DNA of 64,000 bases, taken from contig CM075990.1 in assembly GCA_038087875.1 (NCBI GenBank), positions 11,348,001-11,412,000 on the forward strand, read 5' to 3'. Below are positions 12,550 through 24,000 of the stretch, piece by piece. The DNA comes from Malacoraja senta. Lineage: Eukaryota. A program made the translations under genes and the position numbers. Positions within the stretch are counted from its first letter, which is position 1; every line of letters starts with the position of its first letter. The notes under the pieces are model-generated. The model did no database searches. It was not told the origin of the DNA and worked only from the letters and a program-made list of their open reading frames with translations.

Positions 12550-12872
12550 AGAAGAAGAAACATTTATTTGTCACATGTACCAATTGGTACAGTGAAATGT
12601 GTGGTCGCCATACAGCCACACGAATAATAAAGAGCACAGAACACGATAGTTTTTTTTAACACAGACATCCCCACACAGCGGGATCAAAGTTTCCCACTGT
12701 GAGGGAAGGCTCCAAAATTCAGTCATCCTCCTCTGTTGTCCTCCCGTGGTCGGGGGGGGGGGGGCTCCCGAGCCCCCGCTGTCGCCGCTACGGGCAGCCC
12801 GATGTTCAAGCCCGCTCGCCGGGGTGATGGAAGTCCGACGTCGGGACTGGAGGGCATCCTCCGCAGCTTGGA
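12550..12872 (-). mobile_element. Unclassified GC-rich non-autonomous retroelement with Rex-like 3' tail
   Basis: Minus strand ends ATTTCACTGTACC..GGTACATGTGACAAATAAA plus short repeat tail; shares motifs with 57085-57830. Confidence 0.55.
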
Positions 12873-13544
12873 CAAGCTATATCAAACCGTGCTTGAGACT
12901 AGTCCTTACTGTCTTCAGTAAGGGTTGCTTTATTGACTGAGGAATTGAACATTGTGTAACCGACCCATGATAGAAGGTAGGTTATTGATGATGGTCTGGC
13001 CTTGAACACTTCCGTGAGGAACCCCTGAAGTAATATCCCACGATGATTGATCACCTTCAGCTGGTGAACCCAATGACCTTTGATGCCCTTTGACTTCAGT
13101 TTTATCAGGATGCCTTGATATCACTTTTGGTCAAATGTGCTTGATTATGAAGGGCATTCACTCTCACCTCACCTCTGGAATTCTGCTAACCTTTATCCCT
13201 CAATGGATGTCATGAGAAATCGATGGCCATTTCATAATTGTACTAATGGGACCTTTTCCTACGTCATTACTGTTCGAGAAGGGCTTTGATTGACCCAAAG
13301 GCTGAGAAAGAACTGCAGGAATGCAAAAGTCTTTAATGTTTGTCTGTGCTCATTAAAAATATCATTAAAATTAAAAACACAAAATTCTTAAAAATTGTGA
13401 GTAATTTTAAATGTGTAACTTACCGTTGCTTCCAGAACCCCACAACTCCAAATTAAGGAAATAAAGTTCTAGATCGTGCTGCAAATTGATATGTCCAGCA
13501 AATTTGGCAAGATGAAACTCTCAATGTACTTTACACTGACTCGT

Positions 13545-13742
13545 AAGTTCTAGGAGCAGTATAAGGCCATTCGGCCCATCAAGTCTACTCAGCCATTCAA
13601 TCATGGCTGATCTACCTTTCCCTTTCAACGCCATTCTCCTGCCTTCTTACCCATAACCCCTGATGCCCTTACTAATCAAAAATCTGTCATACTCCATCTT
13701 CAAAATATCCACGACTTGGTCTCCACAGCCTTCTGTGGCTGC
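13545..13742 (-). mobile_element. CR1/HER1 LINE 3' fragment
   Basis: Reverse complement of CR1 3' end (DRFLISKGIRGYG). Confidence 0.85.
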
Positions 13743-13982
13743 TCCTGAACTCCTGAAACTATTACTCAATCTGAGATTTCTCAAATCAGAACTGTTGCAA
13801 AGTGCCAACCAGATCTGCTCCATTGTTATCTGCTCCCAGTAGGACTTGATGAGAAATAACCAGGACACCTGAAATGAAGTAAAAGCTCTAATTTCTCTGA
13901 CCAGCTTCCAGTACTCAACTATTTTGTACTTGAATATTGCATCCATACATTTGATTTGGGCAAATCATTCACAGGAACATTG

Positions 13983-14540
13983 AGTAAGAAAGAACTGCAG
14001 ATGCTTGCACCTTCTCCAACCTCATCAACTATATCCGCTGTTCCAGGTGTCAACTTCTCTACATCGGCGAGACCAAGCGCAGGCTCGGCGATCGTTTCGT
14101 TGAACACCTCCGCTCAGTCCGTCTTAACCTACCTGATCACCCGGTGGCTCAGCACTTTAACTCCCCCTCCCATTCCCAATCTGACCTTTCTGTCCTGGGC
14201 CTCCTCCAGTCAGTGAGGCCCAGTGCAAATTGGAGGACAGCACCTCATATTTCGCTTGGGTAGTTTACACCCCAGCGGTATGAACATTGATTTCTCTAAC
14301 TTCAGATAGCCCTTGCTTTCTCTCTCCATCCCCTTCCACTTCCCAGTTTTCCCACCAGTCTTACTGTCTCCGACTACATTCTATCTTTGTCCCGCCCCCT
14401 CCCCTGACTTCAGTCTGAGGAAGGGTCTCGACCCAAAATGTCACCCATTCCTTCTCTCCAGAGATGCTGCCTCACCTGCTGAGTTACTCCAGCATTTAGT
14501 GTCTACCTTTGATTTAAACCAGCATCTGCAGTTCTTTCGT
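13983..14540 (+). mobile_element. 5'-truncated Penelope-like element (GIY-YIG remnant plus pseudo-LTR) with short inverted 5' end
   Basis: IRCSRCQLLYIGETKRRLGDRFVEHLRSV; 12-bp TSD ACAGGAACATTG (13971-13982, 14541-14552); termini AAAGAACTGCAGATGCT / AGCATCTGCAGTTCTTT are inverted. Confidence 0.9.
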
Positions 14541-15374
14541 ACAGGAACATTGTATAGTGACAGGCGGTAAGTATTTTATTCACATTTTAACTATAATGAA
14601 ACTTTGAGACGCCAGAAAATAGCTTTCCTTCACCTTTCCGAAGGAATATTTGACTGCGTTAAGTATTAAACATACTGTACCTATTGAATATATTAATAGA
14701 AAGATCTGATTGAAGGATTGCCTTTACTGTAACAATTGTCCCAAGACCGTTCGAATATCGGCCTGGATGCTGAGCACTCTTTAAACATTCTCAATGACTC
14801 AATGGTAGTGCTCTTGCTTCTGGTTCCTGGGGCTTTGAAAAATGATTGGAAATTATTGTAGAGCTTTTCTATTGCTTTCAGGATGTTCTAACATGTTCTC
14901 AAGCCAAATTAGTTCTTTTGAATGTGTCTGAAATAACTGCAGATGCCAGTTTATACCAAAGGTATACTACTCAATGTGCTGGAGTAACTCAGTGGGTCTG
15001 GCATCGTCTGTGGAGAAAAAGGATGGGTGCCATTTCAAGTTGGAACAGTTTTTCAGTCTGAAAGTGTGAGTGAATAAGAGTCTGAGCTTCTGAAGTATGG
15101 TCACTGTTGTAATATTAGAAATTAGTGCAGAGGAAGATCTTACAACCATCATTGTGATAATGAGCAGATAATGGCCTGGAAAGTTTGGTTCCATAATTGT
15201 TGCATTAGATGACTGCAGAAACATGAGTACAATAATCTAGGCAGGCATTCTCATTCTGATTCGGAATCTTGATCAAAACATCCACCATCCCTGCACAGAT
15301 GCTGCCTGACCCACTGAGTTGCTCCAGCAGTTTATTTAATGATCTAGATTCCACATCTGCAGTCCAGATTCCAC

Positions 15375-15970
15375 ATCTGCAGTTGTACAGGGCCATGATG
15401 AGACCACACCTGGAGTATTGTGTGCAGTTTTGGCCTCCAAATTTGAGGAAGGGCATTCTTGTTATTGAGGGAGCGTAGCGTGGGTTCACGAGGTTAATTC
15501 CCGGGATGGCGGGACTGTCATATGTTGAAAGAATGGAGCGACTGGGCTTGTATACTCTGGAATTTAGAAGGATGAGAGGGAATCTTATTGAAACACGTAA
15601 GATTGTTAAGGGATTGGACACGCTAGAAGCAGGAAACATGTTCCCGATGTTGGGGGAGTTCAGAACCAGGGGCCACAGTTTAAGAATAGGGGGTAGGCCA
15701 TTTAGAACGGAGATGAGGGAAAACTCTTTCACCCAGAGAGTTGTGAATCTGTGGACATCTCTGCCTCAGAAGGCAGTGGAGGCTGATTCTCTGGATGCTT
15801 TCAAGAGGGAGTTAGATAGAGCTCTTAACAATAGATATGGGGAGAACAAGGGATATGGGGAGAAGACAGGAACGGGTTACTGATTGAGGATGATCAGCCA
15901 TGATCGCAGATAATGTTAGTGCTGGCTCGAAGGGCCGAATGGCCTACTCCTGCACCTATTGTCTATTGAC
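15375..15970 (+). mobile_element. CR1/HER1 LINE 3' fragment (~600 bp)
   Basis: [25 protein letters not shown], an in-frame TAG, then MAGLSYVERMERLGLYTLEFRRMRG; CTATTGT-type tail. Confidence 0.92.
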
Positions 15971-18900
15971 TATTATTTCTTGTGTCGTAGAAAGCCATAG
16001 TGTCATACAGCATGGAAACAGGTCCTTAGGCCCAATGTGCCCACACCGACCAACATGCCCCATCTACACTGGCCCCACCAGCCTGGATTTGGTCCATATA
16101 CCTTTAAACCTGTCCTATCCATGTACCTGTTCAAATGTTTCTTAAACTTTGTGATAGTACCTGCCTCACCTATCTACTCCTGCAGCTCATTCCATGAAGC
16201 TACCATCCTTTATGTCTAAACAAAAAAGTTGACCCTTTACAATTAAACACTATGGTGTTAAACTATAGTATTAAACACTTTGGTGTCTCAGTTCCAGGGA
16301 AGCGCTGCACTATTGGAGTTGCCACATGGAAGCCGTAACTTTAAATTGTGTCCCTGCCTGCTCTCTCAGGAGAAGAATAGGACAGTTATTGCCTGTGTCC
16401 CTCACCTTGAATTCATATCTCAGAAAGAGAGTATCCAGTCATTGTTGCCAGGAAAGCACCGTAAGTGTTCCTACAACTAGTTTGGAACTACTTAATTATC
16501 TGCAGGTAGACAAAAGTGCTGGAGAAACTCAGCGGGTGCAGCAGCATCTCTGGAGTGAAGGAAATAGGCAACGATTCGGGCCGAAACCCTTCTTCAGACT
16601 GATCTGCAACTCGCTTTATGATAGGCTCCATAGAGAGGCGCCTTCCTTCCTTTGTACTGCCTTCTCATCAAACTCAGATGAATTTCATCTGTACTTCTCC
16701 TCCTCCCCACCCACCTGCACACAGATGCATGTACAAAGATATAAGCAACTCTCACATGTAAAGTATGCACACATAAAATCATGCTTGCACAAGCATACAT
16801 GGACATATAGGCAGGTATGTGTGTGCACTCATGTGTTTGTGCATATGCATTGCATGCTTGCACCTACCTTTACAGAGTTATACTATGCCTACAGGAGTAT
16901 TGTTTAACCACACTGATGTTTGTGGCAGCCTGCTGTGTCCTAACTTGTTGTGTGTTTCCAATATTGGAACAGCAACCACATTTCCTAGGAACCCATTTGG
17001 CTTTGTTCGATCTCGAGTCAGACTCACACCTCAAGCGATCAGTAAAGCCAAGATTAGAAAAGAACTTGTTAGCAATGGTTTAACTAATAAACAGATTCTG
17101 TTGCTCAATAAATCTACAGTGGGGCAATGAGGTGTAAAGAGTGTCTATTCATCTAGACATTAAAAAAAGTAGTGTTCTTGCCTTCCAGTGTCCATTCTTC
17201 TTTCCACTAACAATACCAGAAATGTGAATAGTTGATGGTTGTTCTTTGTGGAGTCAAGAGAGAACAGTTGCCAACTTTGCTAACATTACTGGCAAAAGCC
17301 AATTATTGTTTCAAAGAGCGGTTATATGTTGTTTTGCGAATGCCAAGCCTTTTATTTTTAGAGTCAGTGCCTGGAATCACCTTTCATTCTCTGCCCAAAG
17401 CACAAAACAGTGTTTCTGAAAACTTTGGATGTCGTTTTCCACTTGGTTTATACTTTCCATTAAGTTACCAGCTTGAAAACCACTTCTGGAAATCTGCATC
17501 CTTGCTAAATTTGGCAGCACCAGCTGATTACACAAGACAACTGTAAAAACGGAATAAAACCCAAACAAAATTGATTAGAATCTGCAGACGCTGAATTGTG
17601 ACATAGAACAGAAGACAGATTCTGTTTCCTTTTTCACAGATGCTGTCTGATCTGCTGAGTGCTTTGAGATTTTCTGTTATTATACCCTATACAAGGTACA
17701 AGAGTATCAATTATACACAATGGTACAAGCCCTGGCACAGTGGTGCAGCGGGTACAGCTTTTGTCTCATAGTACCAGGGACCTAGGTTCTTTCCTAACCT
17801 CGGGTGCTGTCTGTGTGTTGCATGTTCTCCTTGTGACCGCGTGGGTTTCCTCCGGGTGCTCTGGCATCCTTACACACCCCAAAGACGTGCGGGTTGTATC
17901 ATGTATTGTCTTTCTGCTGACAGGTTAGCACGCAACAAATGCTTTTCACTGTACCTCGGTACACGTGACAATAAACTAAACAACTGTGGCTGCCTCAGGG
18001 AATGCACCTTAAAGGATTAATGTCCTTTGTAATTGTTGCACAGTGAAGTGCCAGTAGCTGTGTTTAACTGAAATAAGCTCTTGTCAGGAACTACTTGAGA
18101 CTGTTTAACCAACTTCCCAATCTTTTCGAGTCAACTCACTTGGGTTCGAGTACTACACGCCACAATGTTTTTGTGCACAAAAAGTATGGAAAATTGAATT
18201 TCTCCACTAATATCGCTCATGACATATTGAGCACTGGAATCCAACATGGTTAAAACCACCCTCGTCTGTATAGAATAACAAACAAAGATAGATAAATTGA
18301 GTCGAACTGACATGCAATCCTCTCTTAACTGTAACTGTGCCTGATAATGCCAATTCTCTTATCTTGACTGTCTAGAGTCTGTGTTTTATCAGGGTCACAG
18401 AAAGCAAATTGCTGTGCTTTTCCATTATCCCTTGTTCAGCTGGTGTCAAGCCAACCTTGTCTATTCCCAGGGCAATTAACCCAAATGCTTTCAGCTTGCT
18501 TGAAATTTTCACCACTTGGCCATTTTCCATGTGTTTTTATGTAACAGGATAGCTGCTGAGAAACCATCTCCCTGGATGATCACTGCAGTACAGCAAGGCT
18601 ATTTGGGATACAGAAAAAATCAGGATGCTCCTTTTCACATAAGGGTCAGTATGAATTTGGAACTTCTGTCAAAAGGCTATGGATAGTGGAGGCATCCCAG
18701 TGGCGAGCTGCTGCCTCACTGCTCTAGCTACCCCAGTTCAATCCCAATCTCTGATGCTGTCTGTATGGAGTTTGCATGATATCCCTGTCATGCCTTGGGT
18801 TTCTTTCAGCTTCTATGATTTCTTCCCTCATCCCAAAATCTTGCAGCTTGATAGGTCACGATACATTCCACCATTTTGTAAAATCTGGGGGAGTTGTTGG

Positions 18901-19524
18901 GAATATTTAGGGGAACATAGTGGCCTAGCTGGCAAAGTTGCTACCTCACAGTGCCAGAGACCCAGGTTCAATCCTGACCTTGTGAATTTGCATATTCTCC
19001 CGATGACTGCATGGGTTTCCTCCGGGCGATCTGGTTTCCTCCCATATACCAAAGATGTGTGGATTTGTAGGTTAATTGGGCTCTGCAAACTCCCCCTAAT
19101 GTGAAGGAAGGAACTGCAGATGCTGGTTTAAACCGAAGATAGACACAAAAAGCTGGGGTAACTCAGCGGGACAGGCAGCATCTCTGCAGAGAAGGAATGG
19201 GTGATGTTTCGGGTAGAGACCCTTCTTCAGACTATAGAATAGGTGACCTATTCCTTCAGGTGACCTATTAGGTGATGCGGTGGTTAGAAGGTGGGATAAG
19301 TAGGTCCAAGTAGGACTTAAGTAGGTCCCAGTATGACCTACTAGGTAATCTGAGTTACTCCAGCATTTTGTGTCTATCTTTGGTTTCAACCAGCATCTGC
19401 AGTTCCTTCCTACATACTACTAGGTGACCTAATAGGTGACCTATTCCTTTCCTCCAGAGATGCTGCCGAACCCGCTGAGTTTCTCCAGCATTTTGTGTCT
19501 ATCTTGGGTTGTCAAAGGGTTGGG

Positions 19525-19594
19525 GAGCCCCTGTGCGACTTGCACCCGATCCTACACACACTGGGGACAATTTACATTTATACCAAGCCAATTA
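19525..19594 (-). mobile_element. HE1-like SINE, left part (split by the CR1 insertion; continues at 24281-24455)
   Basis: GGACAATTTACATTTATACCAAGCCAATTA joins ACCTACAAACCTG at 24285 to restore the SINE sequence seen at 33728-33768. Confidence 0.85.
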
Positions 19595-19835
19595 GCCGTT
19601 GGAGAGGTCGCTGAGGGAGGAGCTACAACCGAGCGGTAGGACTTAAAAAGGAGCGCGGGGGCTTGTTCCTTACAGAGGTCCGAAAGCCGTTGGAGAGGTC
19701 GCTGAGGGAGGAGCTACAACCGAGCGGTAGGACTTAAAAAGGAGCGCGGGGGCTTGTTCCTTACAGAGGTCCGAAAGCCGTTGGAGAGGTCGCTGAGGGA
19801 GGAGCTACAACCGAGCGGTAGGACTTAAAAAGGAG
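19595..19835 (+). repeat. 91-bp tandem monomers (2 full + 1 partial) forming the CR1 5' end
   Basis: GCCGTTGGAGAGGTCGCTGAGGG... starts at 19595, 19686 and 19777; units appear identical. Confidence 0.95.
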
Positions 19836-19950
19836 TACCCAAATCGGCAACGTTCCACTTCAAAAACAAGTGGGTTTGAGGAAGCCGCTGATTGGTGGAC
19901 GCAGATAAGAGAGAGCAGCTGATTGAGAGTCAGATCCCTGCTGATTGTAC

Positions 19951-20120
19951 TGTATTGTAGCAGTTTGTTTTGTATTGTAGCAGTTTGTTTTGTATTGTAG
20001 CAGTTTGTTTTGTATTGTAGCAGTTTGTTTTGTATTGTAGCAGTTTGTTTTGTATTGTAGCAGTTTGTTTTGTATTGTAGCAGTTTGTTTTGTATTCTAT
20101 CAGTTTGTTTTATATTCTAT
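19951..20120 (+). repeat. 20-bp minisatellite in the CR1 5' UTR
   Basis: TGTATTGTAGCAGTTTGTTT x7 perfect (19951-20090) plus degenerate copies. Confidence 0.95.
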
Positions 20121-20136
20121 CCAGGGTAAGGGGAGT

Positions 20137-21072
20137 ATGACGGCCAGGGCAGTTTACTGTTCTGGATGTCAGATGTGGGAAGTCATGGAGTCTGTTAGCC
20201 CTCCAGACGTCCACATCTGCGCCAGGTGTATCGAGATGGGGCTCCTAATGGACCGTATTAGGAACCTGGAGCAGCAGCTCGATGACCTCCGTCTGGTCAG
20301 GGAGAGCGAGGAAGTCATTGAGAGGAGTTACAGGGATGTGGTCACTCCAACACCACAGGAGGCAGGCAAGTGGATCACGGTTGGGAGAGGCAAGGGGCAC
20401 AGGCAGGGACTAGAGAGTACCCCGGTGGCTGTACACCTTGACAATAAGTACTCCTGTTTGAGCACTGTTGGGGTGGACAGCCTACCTGGGGGTAGCGACA
20501 GCGGCCGGGCCTCCAGTATAGAGACCGGTCCTGTTGCTCAGAAGGGTAAGGAAAAGAAGAGGAGGGCAATATTAATAGGGGACTCTATAGTTAGGGGGTC
20601 AGACAGGCGATTCTGTGGACGCAGTCGGGAGACCCGGATGGTAGTTTGCCTCCCTGGTGCCAGGGTCTGTGATGTGTCCCAACGTGTCCAAGACATCCTG
20701 AAAGGGCAGGGAGAGGAGCCCGAGGTCGTGATACATATAGGTACCAATGACATAGGTAAAAAAAGAGAAGAGGTCCTGAAAGGAGAATTTAGGGAGTTAG
20801 GAGGGGAGTTAAAGAGAAGGACAGCAAAGGTAACAATCTCGGGATTACTGCCTGTACCACGCGACAGTGAGAGTAGGAATGGAGCGAGGTGGAGGATAAA
20901 TGCGTGGCTGAAGGACTGGTGCAGAAGGCAGGGATTCAAATTTCTGGATCATTGGGACTTCTTTTGTGGAAGGTTCGACCTGTACAAAAAGGATGGGTTG
21001 CACTTGAACCTGAGGGGGACCGATATCCTGGCGGGGAGATCTGCAAAGGCTACTGGGGAGACTTTAAACTAG
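20137..21072 (+). CDS. CR1 ORF1p: CxxC..CxxC zinc finger, coiled coil, SGNH/GDSL esterase (311 aa)
   Basis: First ATG at 20137 (MTARAVYCSGC..ICARC); heptads IRNLEQQLDDL; SGNH blocks LIGDSIV, CLPGA, IHIGTND, DGLH. The track's start at 20050 is a TTG inside the minisatellite. Confidence 0.92.
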   Translation: MTARAVYCSGCQMWEVMESVSPPDVHICARCIEMGLLMDRIRNLEQQLDDLRLVRESEEVIERSYRDVVTPTPQEAGKWITVGRGKGHRQGLESTPVAVHLDNKYSCLSTVGVDSLPGGSDSGRASSIETGPVAQKGKEKKRRAILIGDSIVRGSDRRFCGRSRETRMVVCLPGARVCDVSQRVQDILKGQGEEPEVVIHIGTNDIGKKREEVLKGEFRELGGELKRRTAKVTISGLLPVPRDSESRNGARWRINAWLKDWCRRQGFKFLDHWDFFCGRFDLYKKDGLHLNLRGTDILAGRSAKATGETLN

Positions 21073-21077
21073 AATGA

Positions 21078-24000
21078 TTGGGGGGAGGGACTCAAATAGA
21101 GAATGCTATTAGACAGTGTGTGAGGCAGGAGGCAGAGAAGGAAAGCACTCAGACCCAACATGTAGGGGGGAAAGAAGAAAACAATAATAAACAGAGAATA
21201 AGAGGTGGTGGGGTTCTTAAATGGGTGAGCAGAGAAACAGAGGGGTGTAAAATGCGGGCGGAAGCAATAGGTAGCAAGGTGAAAGGTAAAAGTGGCAGGC
21301 AGACAAATCCAGGACAAAAATCAAAAAGAGCCACTTTTCAACATAATTGTATAAGGGGTAAGAGCGTTGTAAAATCAAGTCTGAAGGCTTTGTGTCTCAA
21401 TGCAAGGAGCATTCGTAATAAGGTGGATGAGTTGAACGTGCAGATAGCAATTAATGATTATGATATAGTTGGGATCACGGAGACATGGCTCCAAGGTGAC
21501 CAAGGCTGGGAGCTGAACATCCAGGGATATTCAATATTCAGGAGGGATAGAGAGAAAGGAAAAGGAGGTGGGGTGGCGTTGCTGGTTAGAGAGGAGATTA
21601 ACGCAGTGGAAAGGAAGGACATTAGCTTGGAGGATGTGGAATCGGTATGGGTAGAGCTGCGAAACACTAAGGGGCAGAAAACGCTGGTGGGCGTTGTGTA
21701 CAGGCCACCTAGCAGTAGTAGTGAAGTTGGGGATGGCATCAAACAGGAAATTAGAAATGCGTGCAACAAAGGCAAAACAGTTATAATGGGTGACTTCAAT
21801 CTACATATAGATTGGGTGAATCAAATTGGCAGGGGTGCTGAGGAAGAGGATTTCTTGGAATGTATGAGGGATAGTTATCTAAACCAACATGTAGAGGAAC
21901 CAACGAGAGAGCAGGCTATTCTAGACTGGGTATTGAGTAATGAGGAAGGGTTAGTTAGCAGACTCGTTGTGCGTGCCCCCTTGGGCAAGAGTGATCATAA
22001 TATGGTTGAGTTCTTCATTAGGATGGAGAGTGACATTGTTAATTCAGAAACAACGGTTCTGAACTTAAAGAAAGGTAACTTTGAGGGTATGAGACATGAA
22101 TTGGCCAAGATTGACTGGCAATTAGTTCTAAAAGGGTTGACGGTGGATATGCAATGGAAGGCATTTAAAGACTGCATGGATGAACTACAAAAATTGTTCA
22201 TCCCAGTTTGGCAAAAGAATAAATCAAGGAAGGTAGTGCATCCGTGGATAACAAGGGAAATCAGGGATAGTATCAAAGCAAAAGATGATGCGTATAAATT
22301 AGCCAGAAAAAGCAGCATACCAGAGGACTGGGAGAAATTCAGAGACCAGCAGAGGAGGACAAAGGGCTTAATTAGGAAAGGGAAAATAGATTATGAAAGG
22401 AAACTGGCAGGGAACATAAAAACTGACTGCAAAAGTTTTTATAGATATGTGAAGAGAAAGAGATTAGTTAAATCAAATGTAGGTCCCTTACAGTCAGAAA
22501 CAGGTGAATTGATCATGGGGAACAAGGATATGGCAGACCAATTGAATAACTACTTTGGTTCCGTCTTCACTAAGGAAGACATAAATAATCTGCCGGAAAT
22601 AGCAGGGGGCCGCGGGTCAAAGGAGATGGAGGAACTGAGTGAAATCCAGGTTAGTCGGGAAGTGGTGTTGGGTAAATTGAATGGATTAAAGGCCGATAAA
22701 TCACCAGGGCCAGATAGGCTGCATCCCAGAGTACTTAAGGAAGTAGCTCCAGAAATAGTGGATGCATTAGTGATAATTTTTCAAAACTCTTTAGATTCTG
22801 GAGTAGTTCCTGAGGATTGGAGGGTAGCAAACGTAACCCCACTTTTTAAGAAGGGAGGGAGAGAGAAAACGGGGAATTACAGACCAGTTAGTCTAACATC
22901 GGTAGTGGGGAAACTGCTAGAGTCAGTTATTAAAGATGGGATAGCAGCACATTTGGAAAGTGGTGAAATCATTGGACAAAGTCAGCATGGATTTACGAAA
23001 GGTAAATCGTGTCTGACGAATCTTATAGAATTTTTCGAGGATGTAACTAGTAGAGTGGATAGGGGAGAACCAGTGGATGTGTTGTATCTGGACTTTCAGA
23101 AGGCTTTCGACAAGGTACCACATAAGAGATTAGGATACAAACTTAAATCACACGGTATTGGGGGTTCAGTATTGATGTGGATAGAGAACTGGCTGGCAAA
23201 CAGGAAGCAAAGAGTAGGAGTAAACGGGTCCTTTTCACAATGGCAGGCAGTGACTAGTGGGGTACCACAAGGCTCAGTGCTGGGACCCCAGCTATTTACA
23301 ATTTATATTAATGATCTGGACGAGGGAATTGAAAGCAACATCTCCAAGTTTGCGGATGACACTAAGCTTGGGGGCAGTGTTAGCTGTGAGGAGGATGCTA
23401 GGAGACTGCAAGGTGACTTGGATAGGCTGGGTGAGTGGGCAAATGTTTGGCAGATGCAGTATAATGTGGATAAATGTGAGGTTATCCACTTTGGTAGCAA
23501 AAACGGGAAGGCAGACTATTATCTAAATGGTGGCCGATTAGGAAATGGGGAGATGCAGCGAGACCTGGGTGTCATGGTACACCAGTCATTGAAAGTAGGC
23601 ATGCAGGTGCAGCAGGCAGTGAAGAAAGCGAATGGTATGTTGGCCTTCATAGCAAGAGGATTTGAGTATAGGAGCAGTGAGGTTCTACTGCAGTTGTACA
23701 GGGTCTTGGTGAGACCACACCTGGAGTATTGCGTACAGTTTTGGTCTCCAAATCTGAGGAAGGACATTATAGCCATAGAGGGAGTGCAGAGAAGGTTCAC
23801 CAGACTGATTCCTGGGATGTCAGGACTCTCATATGAAGAAAGACTGGATAGACTTGGCTTATACTCGCTAGAATTTAGGAGATTGAGAGGGGATCTTATA
23901 GAAACGTACAAGATTCTTATGGGGTTGGACAGGCTAGATGCAGGAAGATTGTTCCCGATGTTGGGGAAGTCCAGGACAAGGGGTCACAGCTTAAGGATAA

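Larger units (their letters stand above)
11330..13190 (-). mobile_element. Old, degraded CR1/L2-group LINE with nested insertions
   Basis: Minus-strand ORF 12930-13124 contains DITSGVPHGSVQG (decayed RT GVPQGSVLG); interrupted by CR1 (11395-11765), Penelope (~12270-12492) and a GC-rich element (12550-12872). Confidence 0.6.

Noticed and set aside
16326..17130. 193-aa and 103-aa ORFs
   Set aside because: The 193-aa ORF runs through a Penelope insertion, both include CA/TG-rich low-complexity sequence, and neither has a recognisable domain.
19595..20120. Tandem repeats as a CRISPR array
   Set aside because: No unique spacers, no cas genes, eukaryotic LINE context.
20050..20136. N-terminal extension of ORF1 in the ORF track
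   Set aside because: TTG start inside the minisatellite; the first ATG is at 20137.
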